Part shown: positions 17,693-26,270 of the stretch, one piece after another
Layout of the letters: every line of letters starts with the position of its first letter
Position numbering within the stretch: the stretch's first letter is position 1
DNA from: a virus
Reading direction: 5' to 3' (one strand)
Virus record (IMG/VR): IMGVR_UViG_3300022173_000074
Location: 1 to 64,000 of that record
Length of the DNA: 64,000 bases
Position numbers and translations under genes: made by a program
Notes under the pieces: model-generated
What the model was told of the DNA's origin: nothing
Database searches by the model: none
The model's input: the letters and a program-made list of their open reading frames with translations, nothing else

Positions 17693-19561
17693 ATGGCTGC
17701 AGCCGGTAAGAAAATCCCGTACAAAGAATGCCAGCGCATTGAGCGCTTTCTGAAGAAGAACAAAGGCAATCGCCGCGCCGCCGCTGAAGAGATGCAGGTG
17801 CCGATCACAACCCTGAAGGGCTGGATCGAGAAGGGCCGGCAGCAAGGGTTCGTGTTCAGTCCGCCGCAAGATTTGAAGACGCTAGAGCGCGTAACGAACG
17901 TCACTGAAGCCGAATGTATGGATGCCTGGGGCGTCTACGAACGCTACGGCTACAACGCGGCGGCCGCCGCAGAAGCGATGAACGTCCACATCGGGACCAT
18001 CGAAACCCGCGTCAAGAAAGCCGAACATAAGTACGGCATGCGCCGCCGAAATCTAGGTGTGCAGGACGCCCGCGATGCGGTGCCGCTGAAACGTCCGAAG
18101 AAGGGTGAAGTCAAACGCTATCTTCTGACAGCGGCGCAGAACAACACGAAAATTCACGAACCGACTTGGTTCAGTTTGTTGCAGCTCGCGGAGTATTACG
18201 GTGCAGAAGTCAAAGTCGCTACCTTCACCTACGCACCGCAAGACAGCGCCGGTTCCGAGAAGCGGAACAAAGAGCGCGCGTGGAAAGATCGCGGCCATAA
18301 GGTTGTGGACCGCTGGTACGATCATCATATTGAAGATCACATCTCCGACGCCTTTGAACAGCTCGCGCCCGGCCTCGTGTGGTGCGGTCATACCAACACT
18401 CTGCCGACCGCTGTTGATCCGCTGCGCGGCACCGAGAACCTGAACGGCCGGCACTCCGGCGTCTTCCCGCACACGCGGATGGAAATGCGGTCCATTGCGA
18501 CCTCGCCCGGCGAAGCGACTAAGTTCAACTGGACGACCGGCGCCGTCACTCTGCGAAACTACAAGCAGATGCGTGCCGGTATCGTCGCCGAGTTCTACCA
18601 TTGCTTCGGCGCTTTGCTTGTCGAAGTCGATGACGCTGGCAACTGGTGGTGCCGCCAATTGAACGCCACGAGTGAAGGCGTGATCTGCGACATCGATCTG
18701 TACTCTACCCCTGAAGGCGTCTTCGAGGGCGAGCCAGTGGAAGCGATCAAGTACGGCGACATCCATAAGGCCAACATCGATCCGGTCATCCAGGCGGCTA
18801 CCTGGGGCGAAGGCGGCATGGTAGACGTACTCCGTCCGAAGCGTCAGTTCTTGGACGATCTGTTGGACTTCGAGTCTGGCAGCCACCACAATCGCCGCGA
18901 CCCTCACAAAATGTACGAGCTGCAACACTTCGGACGCAACAGCGTGTGGAACGAAGTGTTGGACGCCGGCGCGTTCGTCGACTCCATTCACCGCGTCTAC
19001 CCTGACGGCACGGAGTCGGAAGAGATCGTCAACGACTCCAATCACGACCGCCATCTGGACCGCTGGCTGAAGGAAGTGCATTGGCACGAAGACTTATCGA
19101 ACGCACGGACCTTGCTTCAGTGCAACGATGCCTGGCTTAGCGCAATTGAGAACGGCGATGCGGATGAATTCGTTCCGCTCGAATGGCTCTGGCGCAAGAT
19201 GGGAGTCGCCAAGTCCGCGTTCGTTATGAACATCCGGTCAGAGCACAAGCGGAAGCTCTCCTACGTGATCTGCGCCGACAAGAGCGGCGGGATCGAAATG
19301 GCCCTGCACGGAGACTTAGGCCCGAATGGTTCTCGCGGCGGCCCGCGTAACCTGTCAAAGCTGGGGCAGAAGAACGTCATCGGCCACAGCCACTCGCCCG
19401 GCATCTTCGGCGGCACGTACGTTGCAGGTGTCACGGGCAAGATGCGGTTAGGCTATAATGTTGGCCCAGGTTCCTGGGGTCACGCGCATGTTGTGGTCTA
19501 CGCGAATGGTAAACGCCAAGTGATCTTGTTCTGGAACGGCAAGCCTTGGGCTGACAGATAG
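17693..19561 (+). CDS. large protein with two N-terminal HTH-like regions; C-terminal region has weak metallophosphoesterase-like motifs
   Basis: NRRAAAEEMQVPITTLKGWIEKG and NAAAAAEAMNVHIGTIETRVKKAE (sigma r4/Mor-like HTH); later YGDIHK, HGDLGPNG, IGHSHSPG, WGHAHVV. Confidence 0.4.
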   Translation: MAAAGKKIPYKECQRIERFLKKNKGNRRAAAEEMQVPITTLKGWIEKGRQQGFVFSPPQDLKTLERVTNVTEAECMDAWGVYERYGYNAAAAAEAMNVHIGTIETRVKKAEHKYGMRRRNLGVQDARDAVPLKRPKKGEVKRYLLTAAQNNTKIHEPTWFSLLQLAEYYGAEVKVATFTYAPQDSAGSEKRNKERAWKDRGHKVVDRWYDHHIEDHISDAFEQLAPGLVWCGHTNTLPTAVDPLRGTENLNGRHSGVFPHTRMEMRSIATSPGEATKFNWTTGAVTLRNYKQMRAGIVAEFYHCFGALLVEVDDAGNWWCRQLNATSEGVICDIDLYSTPEGVFEGEPVEAIKYGDIHKANIDPVIQAATWGEGGMVDVLRPKRQFLDDLLDFESGSHHNRRDPHKMYELQHFGRNSVWNEVLDAGAFVDSIHRVYPDGTESEEIVNDSNHDRHLDRWLKEVHWHEDLSNARTLLQCNDAWLSAIENGDADEFVPLEWLWRKMGVAKSAFVMNIRSEHKRKLSYVICADKSGGIEMALHGDLGPNGSRGGPRNLSKLGQKNVIGHSHSPGIFGGTYVAGVTGKMRLGYNVGPGSWGHAHVVVYANGKRQVILFWNGKPWADR

Positions 19562-19568
19562 AGTTGAA

Positions 19569-19793
19569 ATGAAAAGCGGTGTGACTAAGAGCGTTACCGT
19601 CTCGTTCGATGAAGTGGAAATCTTCGACATGCTTAAGGCGAAAGCCAAGCCGGAGATTGTCCGCCTTATGAACGTGATCGGGGAGCGGGGGATCAATGAT
19701 AAAGCGATCCGCATCTCCAAGACGACCGAGGGCGGCCACGGCAGCGATGGGCAGACGCCCTCGCTGAAGATTACTTTCCACTATTCGGAGTAG
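19569..19793 (+). CDS. hypothetical protein
   Basis: ORF. Confidence 0.4.
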   Translation: MKSGVTKSVTVSFDEVEIFDMLKAKAKPEIVRLMNVIGERGINDKAIRISKTTEGGHGSDGQTPSLKITFHYSE

Positions 19794-19795
19794 CC

Positions 19796-20041
19796 ATGTC
19801 CAAATTCGACTTCGTCAAACCGACTGAAGCTGAGATCGACGCCGCCTATGCGGAAGCGAAGAAAGCTGATCGAAACGTGTTCCGTCACCAGTGCGAGCAA
19901 GAGCTGACCTACGCGCAAACGCTGAAGACGTGCCGCGATCTGCGCAAGCTCGCGCAGGCTGGCAGCGTGCAAGTCGCGTTCGAAGGTCTAATGGACTTCA
20001 CGATCACGATGATGCAAGCAACCTGGAAGGACAAAGACTGA
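19796..20041 (+). CDS. hypothetical protein
   Basis: ORF, ATGA overlap to next. Confidence 0.4.
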   Translation: MSKFDFVKPTEAEIDAAYAEAKKADRNVFRHQCEQELTYAQTLKTCRDLRKLAQAGSVQVAFEGLMDFTITMMQATWKDKD

Positions 20042-20352
20042 TGGCACGGCGCAAGAGCGATGACGCGGAGAACGAGCGCGCGGTAGCAGGGCACAACGTC
20101 GCCAAGCTGAACGAGAACGCCAAGGATCGCATGAACAAGGCGATCAAGGCGATTGAGAAATTGCTTGACGAGAAGGCTGAGCTGTCCGCCGAGATCGCGG
20201 ATCGATTCAAAACGCTAAAGGGCGAAGGCTTCGATGTCGCCGCCATACGCGCCATCATCATCGAACGCGCGAAGAAGGCCAAGGACCCTACGCGCTACCA
20301 AGAACTCGAAGACATGAAAGACCTCTATCGTGTCGCCTTGGGGATGGTATGA
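20041..20352 (+). CDS. gapR: GapR/DUF2312-like nucleoid-associated DNA-binding protein
   Basis: LKGEGFDVAAIRAIIIERAKKAKDPTRYQELEDMKDLYRVALG aligns with Caulobacter GapR ([39 protein letters not shown]). Confidence 0.7.
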   Translation: MARRKSDDAENERAVAGHNVAKLNENAKDRMNKAIKAIEKLLDEKAELSAEIADRFKTLKGEGFDVAAIRAIIIERAKKAKDPTRYQELEDMKDLYRVALGMV

Positions 20353-20570
20353 GCCACAAGTTCAACAAACCTGAGATGCCTGACTACGGCGACCCGCAGC
20401 ACATGGCCGACCGTGCCATAGCGCTGTTCGGTAAAGCCGACATCGAACAGGGCAAGCATCGCGTGAAGGGCCACATCATCACCGCGCTTGCCGCGTGTGG
20501 CTTCGCTGGCTGGATCGTGGCCGAACAGATTGACGCTGTGATGGTCTGCATTAACGGTGAGAAGACGTGA
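20349..20570 (+). CDS. hypothetical protein
   Basis: ORF. Confidence 0.4.
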   Translation: MSHKFNKPEMPDYGDPQHMADRAIALFGKADIEQGKHRVKGHIITALAACGFAGWIVAEQIDAVMVCINGEKT

Positions 20571-20842
20571 ACAAACATCCCGACATCTACGTGTACGTCC
20601 TGGTTCCGACTCAAGTTCGTAAGGGCTGGAAGATCGGCGCCATATCGCGCAGCACCGACTATCGGTACGAGCACGAGGTCACGGGCTATCAGCGCGAGCG
20701 CGAAGCGAAGCGTCTGTTCGACGACATCATGTGCTCCGACATACCGCTGACGATGGAGTTCTATGGGCCGGCAGACGACGCGCCGACAAGCCATGCACTT
20801 GTCGAACGCCTTATCGAGATGGCTGCGGAGGACGCGGCATGA
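20567..20842 (+). CDS. hypothetical protein
   Basis: ORF. Confidence 0.4.
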   Translation: MNKHPDIYVYVLVPTQVRKGWKIGAISRSTDYRYEHEVTGYQREREAKRLFDDIMCSDIPLTMEFYGPADDAPTSHALVERLIEMAAEDAA

Positions 20843-21042
20843 TCCCGCCCGGCTTCCAAGTCAATCGGCGTTCGATTGTAGAGCGCGAAGACAACCCTCA
20901 CGTTGCGATAGTCAATGGCCTGCCGCTGTCCGAAGTGGACGAAGCTATGTGGCTGATGATCGAGTCCATAGGGATCAAGCAGGCCGAAGTCGAAGGTTTA
21001 TTCTGGGACCCGAACGGCACGCTACAGATTTGGGTGAAGTGA
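20839..21042 (+). CDS. hypothetical protein
   Basis: ATG 20839 (MIPPGFQ) in frame of ORF 20731..21042. Confidence 0.35.
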   Translation: MIPPGFQVNRRSIVEREDNPHVAIVNGLPLSEVDEAMWLMIESIGIKQAEVEGLFWDPNGTLQIWVK

Positions 21043-21449
21043 TGACTGACGGCGGCTACACAATGGAAGAGGCGGGCAAGCTGCAAGCCTTTCCGGTGAT
21101 CTCCCCACCAGAAGCGGGCAAAGTCTATCGCCACTACAAGGGCGGCACCTATGTCGTGCTGCGCGTCGTGCCCTGCACGGAGACAGGAGAGCTTCGAATC
21201 TGGATGCACAATCTGGATCACGATACATTCCATGATCGCCCGAAACGTATATGGGATACGCCGGTGCGTCAGCCGCGCGAAACTCTCGAAGGCCGCACGA
21301 AGCGGATCGTCTGGGATTGGTACGCTCGCTGGGTCCCGGCGACGTGGTGCTTCAACCCGCCGCCCGGCGCACACCCGCGTCACACTGACACGAAGATCGT
21401 GTTCGATTCATATACGATGTTGGATGATCCGAATGCCGGCCGTAGCTAA
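21042..21449 (+). CDS. DUF1653-like protein
   Basis: GKVYRHYKGGTYVVL resembles the DUF1653 N-terminal signature; ATGA coupled start. Confidence 0.4.
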   Translation: MTDGGYTMEEAGKLQAFPVISPPEAGKVYRHYKGGTYVVLRVVPCTETGELRIWMHNLDHDTFHDRPKRIWDTPVRQPRETLEGRTKRIVWDWYARWVPATWCFNPPPGAHPRHTDTKIVFDSYTMLDDPNAGRS

Positions 21450-21627
21450 TACAAAAGCGCAGAACAATCACTTCGGCGGCTGCACCGACTGCAAGGGAGA
21501 CATCTTGATCGGTGAAGATATACGCGCCGTCACGATGCACTTCCCGCAGACCGGCGGCCGCGTCGTGATCCTGCGCAAATGCAAAACCTGCATGAAGAAA
21601 CCTGAGTTCAAGGTGAGATGGAAATAG
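21432..21627 (+). CDS. small zinc-ribbon-like protein (CxxC...CxxC)
   Basis: GGCTDCKG ... CKTCMKK. Confidence 0.3.
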
Positions 21628-21893
21628 TTCAGTTCTACCTACTGACTTATGCCGCCAGTTTCATGTTCATCTTTTTGAAGGTGATGCAAACGCTGAACTC
21701 TGTGTTCAAGCAATACATCTGGATCGTCCCTACCTCCATGCTGATCGCGTTCGCCGAGTGCTTCGTGGTGGTGAACCTCGCGCAGCATGGCTATCACCTA
21801 TCCATCGTGCTCGCCGTGGGCTTCGGCTCCGGCACCGGCGCCCTATCGGCATCGGTCTTGCATCGAATGATCTTCAAGGACACGAGCATATGA
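21618..21893 (+). CDS. small multi-pass membrane protein
   Basis: Three hydrophobic helices. Confidence 0.45.
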   Translation: MEIVQFYLLTYAASFMFIFLKVMQTLNSVFKQYIWIVPTSMLIAFAECFVVVNLAQHGYHLSIVLAVGFGSGTGALSASVLHRMIFKDTSI

Positions 21894-22597
21894 TCGACTT
21901 TCCCGACTCCCAGCATGACGTGATCTACGCTGACCCTGCGTGGCGCTTCCTGACGCGCTCCGATAAAGGACGCGGCAGATCACCGGACGCGCCGGTCACG
22001 CGCGCCGCTGGCCGCCGCAATCAGCCTGAGCGTCACTACCCGACTATGACTCTTGACGAGATCAAGGCGCTGCCGGTTGCCGACCTCGCGAACAAGGATT
22101 GCGTGTTGCTGATGTGGGTCGTCGATCCGATGCTCCCGCATGCGCTCGAAGTCGGCAAGGCTTGGGGCTTCACATACAAGACGGTCGGGTTCTATTGGGC
22201 CAAGCTCCGCAAGGCGCCGATGAAGCCGGGCCGCGACACGCACCTGGACGAAGAGCGCAAGATGTTCCCCATGGGCACAGGCTACTGGACGCGGGCGAAC
22301 CCCGAGCAATGCTTTCTCTTCACGCGCGGGCGGCCGGAGCGCAAGAGTGCCGGTGTCGCCAAGCTGATCGCCATGGAGGACGAGCCGGGATCGCGGTTGA
22401 TCGTCAGCCCTCGCCGCGAGCACAGCCGCAAACCAGACGAAGCCTATGACCGGATCGACCAGCTCTGCGGCGCCGACAAATCGAAGATCGAGCTGTTCGC
22501 CCGGCAGAGCCGCGAGGGCTGGACATCCTGGGGGAACGACACCCGGAAGTTCGACGCGCCCAAAGCGCCCCGGTCGAAGGCGGATTTGCTGGGGTAA
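21890..22597 (+). CDS. MT-A70 family N6-adenine DNA methyltransferase
   Basis: VIYADPAWRF (DPPW-like), LLMWVVDP, GRPERKSAG, REHSRKPDEAYDRI. Confidence 0.75.
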   Translation: MIDFPDSQHDVIYADPAWRFLTRSDKGRGRSPDAPVTRAAGRRNQPERHYPTMTLDEIKALPVADLANKDCVLLMWVVDPMLPHALEVGKAWGFTYKTVGFYWAKLRKAPMKPGRDTHLDEERKMFPMGTGYWTRANPEQCFLFTRGRPERKSAGVAKLIAMEDEPGSRLIVSPRREHSRKPDEAYDRIDQLCGADKSKIELFARQSREGWTSWGNDTRKFDAPKAPRSKADLLG

Positions 22598-22715
22598 GGC
22601 CTCTAGAAACCGGGCGCCCGTGCGCGCGGACGGCATGGGCTGTGTCCTTGGACCCGGACAGGCCCGGCATGCATCCTGGGGCTTCCCAGCGATTAGGTAT
22701 CAGAATTGGAGAATT

Positions 22716-23058
22716 TATGCGCGTAAGGATTACGATTAAGGGAAAACAAGGTGCCGGCAAGACGCGGCTGATGGGCCGCATCCTCGAAGCCCTGTCGAAC
22801 GACGGCCTGATTACCAGGACCGTGGAGGACTACCAGAAGACAGGCGTGCCCCTCGCTGACGTGTCCGATCCTATCGGCCGCCGACCCTATACCCAGAAGA
22901 CCGACCTCCGCGTCCGGGCGGAAATTTACTACCCGGACTATGTGCCCGTCCCGGCGCCTGCTACTAAGGCCCCGAAGAAGGCATCGAAAAAAGAAATAGG
23001 AGAACCCCATGATCCGGCGCCGCGTACTCGCATGGCTGAAGAAGCACCACTCGAATAA
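22716..23058 (+). CDS. small P-loop protein (ITIKGKQGAGKT)
   Basis: Walker-A-like GxxxxGKT near N-terminus; GGAGAATTT RBS. Confidence 0.35.
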
Positions 23059-23620
23059 CCGCGCGCCGGATTTCATCATCGGGCCGGCAGAGAACCCGTA
23101 CCTCCATCGTTGGTTCGTGATCCCGCGCAACCCTGTCCTGAACATCTACTTCCATCGGTTCATGCGGAGCGACGAAGACCGCGCGCTGCACGATCACCCG
23201 TGGATCAACGCGAGCTGGCTTCTGAAAGGCTCGTATGACGAGATTCAATTCGACGGCCCGATCCCGTGGGACGCGAAGAAGGCCTACGCTTATCTGGAAC
23301 ACGGGTATCAATCCGAAGTCCGAAACCTACCGCAGACCAAGACCATGCGCCGGGCCGAAGGATCATTCACCTTCCGATACACCGGCAAGATTGCACACCG
23401 CGTCCGCTTGCTGCCGCAGAAGGCGTGGGTCACTAAGCGAGGGTTCCAGGTAGCCAGCGGTAAAGAGGCGCACGTCTGGACCTTGTTCATCACCGGCCCT
23501 CGATACCGCCAGTGGGGGTTCCACTGCCCGAAAGCGTGGAAACACTGGAAGGGCTTCGTGTTCTTCCCTGAAGGTGATGCGCGCAGAGGCCGGAGCGAAG
23601 TGGGGCCAGGCTGCGACTGA
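23009..23620 (+). CDS. hypothetical protein (HDHPW motif)
   Basis: 203-aa ORF. Confidence 0.4.
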   Translation: MIRRRVLAWLKKHHSNNRAPDFIIGPAENPYLHRWFVIPRNPVLNIYFHRFMRSDEDRALHDHPWINASWLLKGSYDEIQFDGPIPWDAKKAYAYLEHGYQSEVRNLPQTKTMRRAEGSFTFRYTGKIAHRVRLLPQKAWVTKRGFQVASGKEAHVWTLFITGPRYRQWGFHCPKAWKHWKGFVFFPEGDARRGRSEVGPGCD

Positions 23621-24015
23621 TGAAACGCTTCACGATCTTGATATGCGGCGGCCGTGACTATGACGACGTGCAGACTCTATTCGGCCAGATGGATGCCTTC
23701 GTCGAATACGAGCCTGACGAAACGGGCTGCCTGTCGGCACGCTGGTATAGGAACCTCAAACGGATTCGAATCATCCACGGTGACGCACGCGGCGCCGATA
23801 CCATAGCGCATGTGTGGGCCAAGTACCGAGGGCTTGAAGTGCAGCCCTATCCGGCGCGCTGGAAAGAGTATGGCAAGGAAGCCGGGCCGCTGCGCAATCA
23901 AGAGATGCTCGATAGCGAGGACGTGGATGTCGTCGTGGCCTTCCCCGGCGGCACGGGCACCGCTGATATGGTGCGCCGCGCCAAGAGGGATAAGATTAGG
24001 GTCTGCTTGTTTTAG
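23620..24015 (+). CDS. SLOG family protein (DUF2493-like)
   Basis: ILICGGRDYDD, IIHGDARGADTIAHVWAK, VVAFPGGTGTADMVRRA. Confidence 0.6.
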   Translation: MKRFTILICGGRDYDDVQTLFGQMDAFVEYEPDETGCLSARWYRNLKRIRIIHGDARGADTIAHVWAKYRGLEVQPYPARWKEYGKEAGPLRNQEMLDSEDVDVVVAFPGGTGTADMVRRAKRDKIRVCLF

Positions 24016-24320
24016 CCGACAGGCGGCGGCGGTGGAGAGTTGTGCGTCACCAGATTTATGAAGAACTGAATTCCGAAGTACAGAAGCGTCCCGAGGCCCG
24101 CAACGCCCGACGCGATGAAGCCGCCCATCACCGCAACCCGAGTCGACGAAGAGCCGATCCGCACGTTACGAATATACGCGAAGTCCTTCTGAACCTCGAT
24201 TGGGTTCGAAGTGTCCACGCCGAGCAAGAGCAACGTCTTCTTCACGCCGCGTTCAACGGCGTCTTCGACGATGGAGTCCAGCTCGTGCTTCGTAATTAGG
24301 AACGGCTCGTTCGGTTGCAT
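24012..24320 (-). CDS. membrane protein with C-terminal TM and poly-Pro tail (possible holin/antiholin)
   Basis: VAVMGGFIASGVAGLGTLLYFGIQFFINL; last gene of lysis cluster. Confidence 0.35.
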   Translation of the reverse strand: MQPNEPFLITKHELDSIVEDAVERGVKKTLLLLGVDTSNPIEVQKDFAYIRNVRIGSSSTRVAVMGGFIASGVAGLGTLLYFGIQFFINLVTHNSPPPPPVG

Positions 24321-24321
24321 G

Positions 24322-24633
24322 TCATTCCCCCTTGTTCAATTTGTCCACGTCGGCGGCCGCCGCGTCCAGCGAGTCCCAGATCGCCTTGTTCGTCGCAGCC
24401 AACCCTTCACCCCATGCGTAGAGGTCCGCGATGATCTGCGCCACGTCGTTCGGAGTCTTCAGCACAGGCTTCTTCGGTTTGTCCGGTGCGCTCACACGAA
24501 GGTTGCCGTCCGGTTGAACAGCAACATAGTGATCGCGATAGACGACTTCCTTAGTGGTCCCACAAGCGGTCAACAGTAGAGCGCACGACATCAGGAACGC
24601 CTTCGCCGGTATCTGGTGAATTGTGGATCGCAT
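24322..24633 (-). CDS. o-spanin (outer-membrane lipoprotein, Rz1-like)
   Basis: Lipobox ALLLTAC at N-terminus; start overlaps the 3' end of the i-spanin gene. Confidence 0.6.
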   Translation of the reverse strand: MRSTIHQIPAKAFLMSCALLLTACGTTKEVVYRDHYVAVQPDGNLRVSAPDKPKKPVLKTPNDVAQIIADLYAWGEGLAATNKAIWDSLDAAAADVDKLNKGE

Positions 24634-24892
24634 CTGCAATACTCCGATATTTTTCTGCGCGAACCTTAGCCGCCTTGGCTTCCGTTTGCGCGATGTCCGA
24701 TAACTTCTTTTGTGTGGCAAGTGCCGCGTCGAATTTAATCTGGTTGTCTTTGTTCGTTTGGACCGTGGCCTTCAAATCCTTTTGAGATTGTTCAAGCTTG
24801 GTTTGTAACCCCGCGATCTGGAAGTGCTGGACGGTAGCAAGACCGCCAACCACAAGGACCGCCGCCCCGAGGGCGAGGATAAAATACTTCAT
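24551..24892 (-). CDS. i-spanin (Rz-like)
   Basis: N-terminal TM (YFILALGAAVLVVGGLA) then coiled-coil periplasmic domain; TAATG overlap with endolysin stop. Confidence 0.6.
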   Translation of the reverse strand: MKYFILALGAAVLVVGGLATVQHFQIAGLQTKLEQSQKDLKATVQTNKDNQIKFDAALATQKKLSDIAQTEAKAAKVRAEKYRSIADAIHNSPDTGEGVPDVVRSTVDRLWDH

Positions 24893-25764
24893 TAAGCGCC
24901 TGCCTTTCGACGAAGTTCCAGACGACCGCTGATCGCCAGATAACCGCCGACGCAAACCGCGACGACCATCAGAGCGAAGGCACCGAACGCCCATGGGTTA
25001 TTGATGTTGCTGAGCAGTGGACCGGCAGCCGTCGCCACACCGGCTACGCCACCAGCGCCGCCGATCAGAGTACCGATGGTGACAGGGTCCTTGTGCAGCT
25101 TCGCGCCATCGGGCTTCGCAGCGGCTTCCTGCGCCGGCGTTGCCGTAGCGGCTGGGGTTGCATGCACAACGGCGGCGACCTTCAGCGCTTGGAGGAACGC
25201 AGCATGGTAGGCGGCGATGACTTGCGCCTTATCCTGTACGTTCACGATGAAGCGGGCGCCGATTGGATCGTTGATCGATGCGTTGAAGTAGCGCGGCAGA
25301 TCGCGTGACGGAGTGTAGAGGCCTTCGATCATCCCCTCCACGAGGACTTGAACGGAGATCGCCGGGTCCAGCGCGAGGTCTGGGTTCTTGTCGAGATCGA
25401 CGCCGAGCCGTTCGCCGACGCGCTTATAGTTCGTGCGCCACGTTAGCTGAACATGACCGCGACCGTAGTATACAAAACCAGTTTCAGGATCGGCCACGCC
25501 GTACTTGCGGTGCGCGACGACTTTCCGGGCGCTTGCATCCGAACCAGCAAATCCCTCGCGAACCGCAACCATGCGGCTGCCGGTTTCGTGGAACGAGGTT
25601 GCAAGGATATAAGCGAGCCAGCGAACATCCTTGTCCGCGTGCTTGGCTTCCCAATAGTCCAGGATCGCGTCGGTGCCATCGACTTGCTGTTGCGTAAGAC
25701 GATTCCCAAACGGGACTTCACGAGCCTTCGCATAGAATACTTTCCGGTCGAAAAGAATGGTCAT
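24892..25764 (-). CDS. glycoside hydrolase family 19 endolysin with C-terminal hydrophobic/TM extension
   Basis: ATSFHETG, YYGRGHVQLTWRTNY, GVDLDKNPDLALDP match GH19 chitinase/lysozyme motifs; C-terminal AFGAFALMVVAVCVGGYLAI helix. Confidence 0.75.
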   Translation of the reverse strand: MTILFDRKVFYAKAREVPFGNRLTQQQVDGTDAILDYWEAKHADKDVRWLAYILATSFHETGSRMVAVREGFAGSDASARKVVAHRKYGVADPETGFVYYGRGHVQLTWRTNYKRVGERLGVDLDKNPDLALDPAISVQVLVEGMIEGLYTPSRDLPRYFNASINDPIGARFIVNVQDKAQVIAAYHAAFLQALKVAAVVHATPAATATPAQEAAAKPDGAKLHKDPVTIGTLIGGAGGVAGVATAAGPLLSNINNPWAFGAFALMVVAVCVGGYLAISGRLELRRKAGA

Positions 25765-25838
25765 CGGAATTCCCTCGATTGTTACAAATCCTCCGACTCT
25801 AAGAATAAGTACCGAGGATTTGTATCATGTTCCCGGTC

Positions 25839-25883
25839 GGGAATTATTTCGACATATCGGTGAGGACGTGTCGAAATAATCCC
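25839..25883. promoter_or_regulatory. 15-bp near-perfect inverted repeat (gggaattatttcgaca / tgtcgaaataatccc), 14-nt loop; second 10-bp hairpin at 25786-25824
   Basis: Read from sequence; intergenic on - strand upstream of endolysin; no T-run. Confidence 0.5.
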
Positions 25884-25897
25884 GAACGGTAAACCTA

Positions 25898-26176
25898 TTA
25901 GCCTGCGGAGTTGGAGTCAGTGCGGGCTTCCAGAGCCGCGTACTTCGTATACAGGTCGTCCAGTGCGGCGGCGACAGTGTCCGCGCCTGAGTTGGAATCG
26001 ACCGAGCCGTTATAAACGACTTCATCCGCAGTGATGCCGGTGCCGCCTTGCAGAGCTGCAATGGCGTTCTCAATCAGAACCATGTTCTTTTTGAAAGACT
26101 GCGCGAAGGCGACGATGCCCGTGGTGCGGAGCAAGAGGCCCAGGATCGGCGTTTTGTTGGTTTCACGTACAGACAT
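25898..26176 (-). CDS. hypothetical protein (one weakly hydrophobic segment; C-terminal DSNS)
   Basis: ORF before endolysin. Confidence 0.4.
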   Translation of the reverse strand: MSVRETNKTPILGLLLRTTGIVAFAQSFKKNMVLIENAIAALQGGTGITADEVVYNGSVDSNSGADTVAAALDDLYTKYAALEARTDSNSAG

Positions 26177-26270
26177 TTGACGTACTCCTATTCGGCGAGC
26201 TTTAGCGCCCGACCATTGACGATGATCGAGCTATAGACTCGCCGAATAGGATTTGCAAACCTAGATTGCC

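Noticed and set aside
18053-19087. 344-aa - strand ORF
   Set aside because: Antisense to the 622-aa HTH protein gene. It is an artifact of high GC.
21980-22636. 218-aa - strand ORF
   Set aside because: Antisense to the MT-A70 methyltransferase gene.
22598-22690. Terminator after the MT-A70 gene
   Set aside because: Only an imperfect GC-rich dyad (gggctgtgtcc…cggacaggccc) without a T-run. Noted as a repeated intergenic element family instead.
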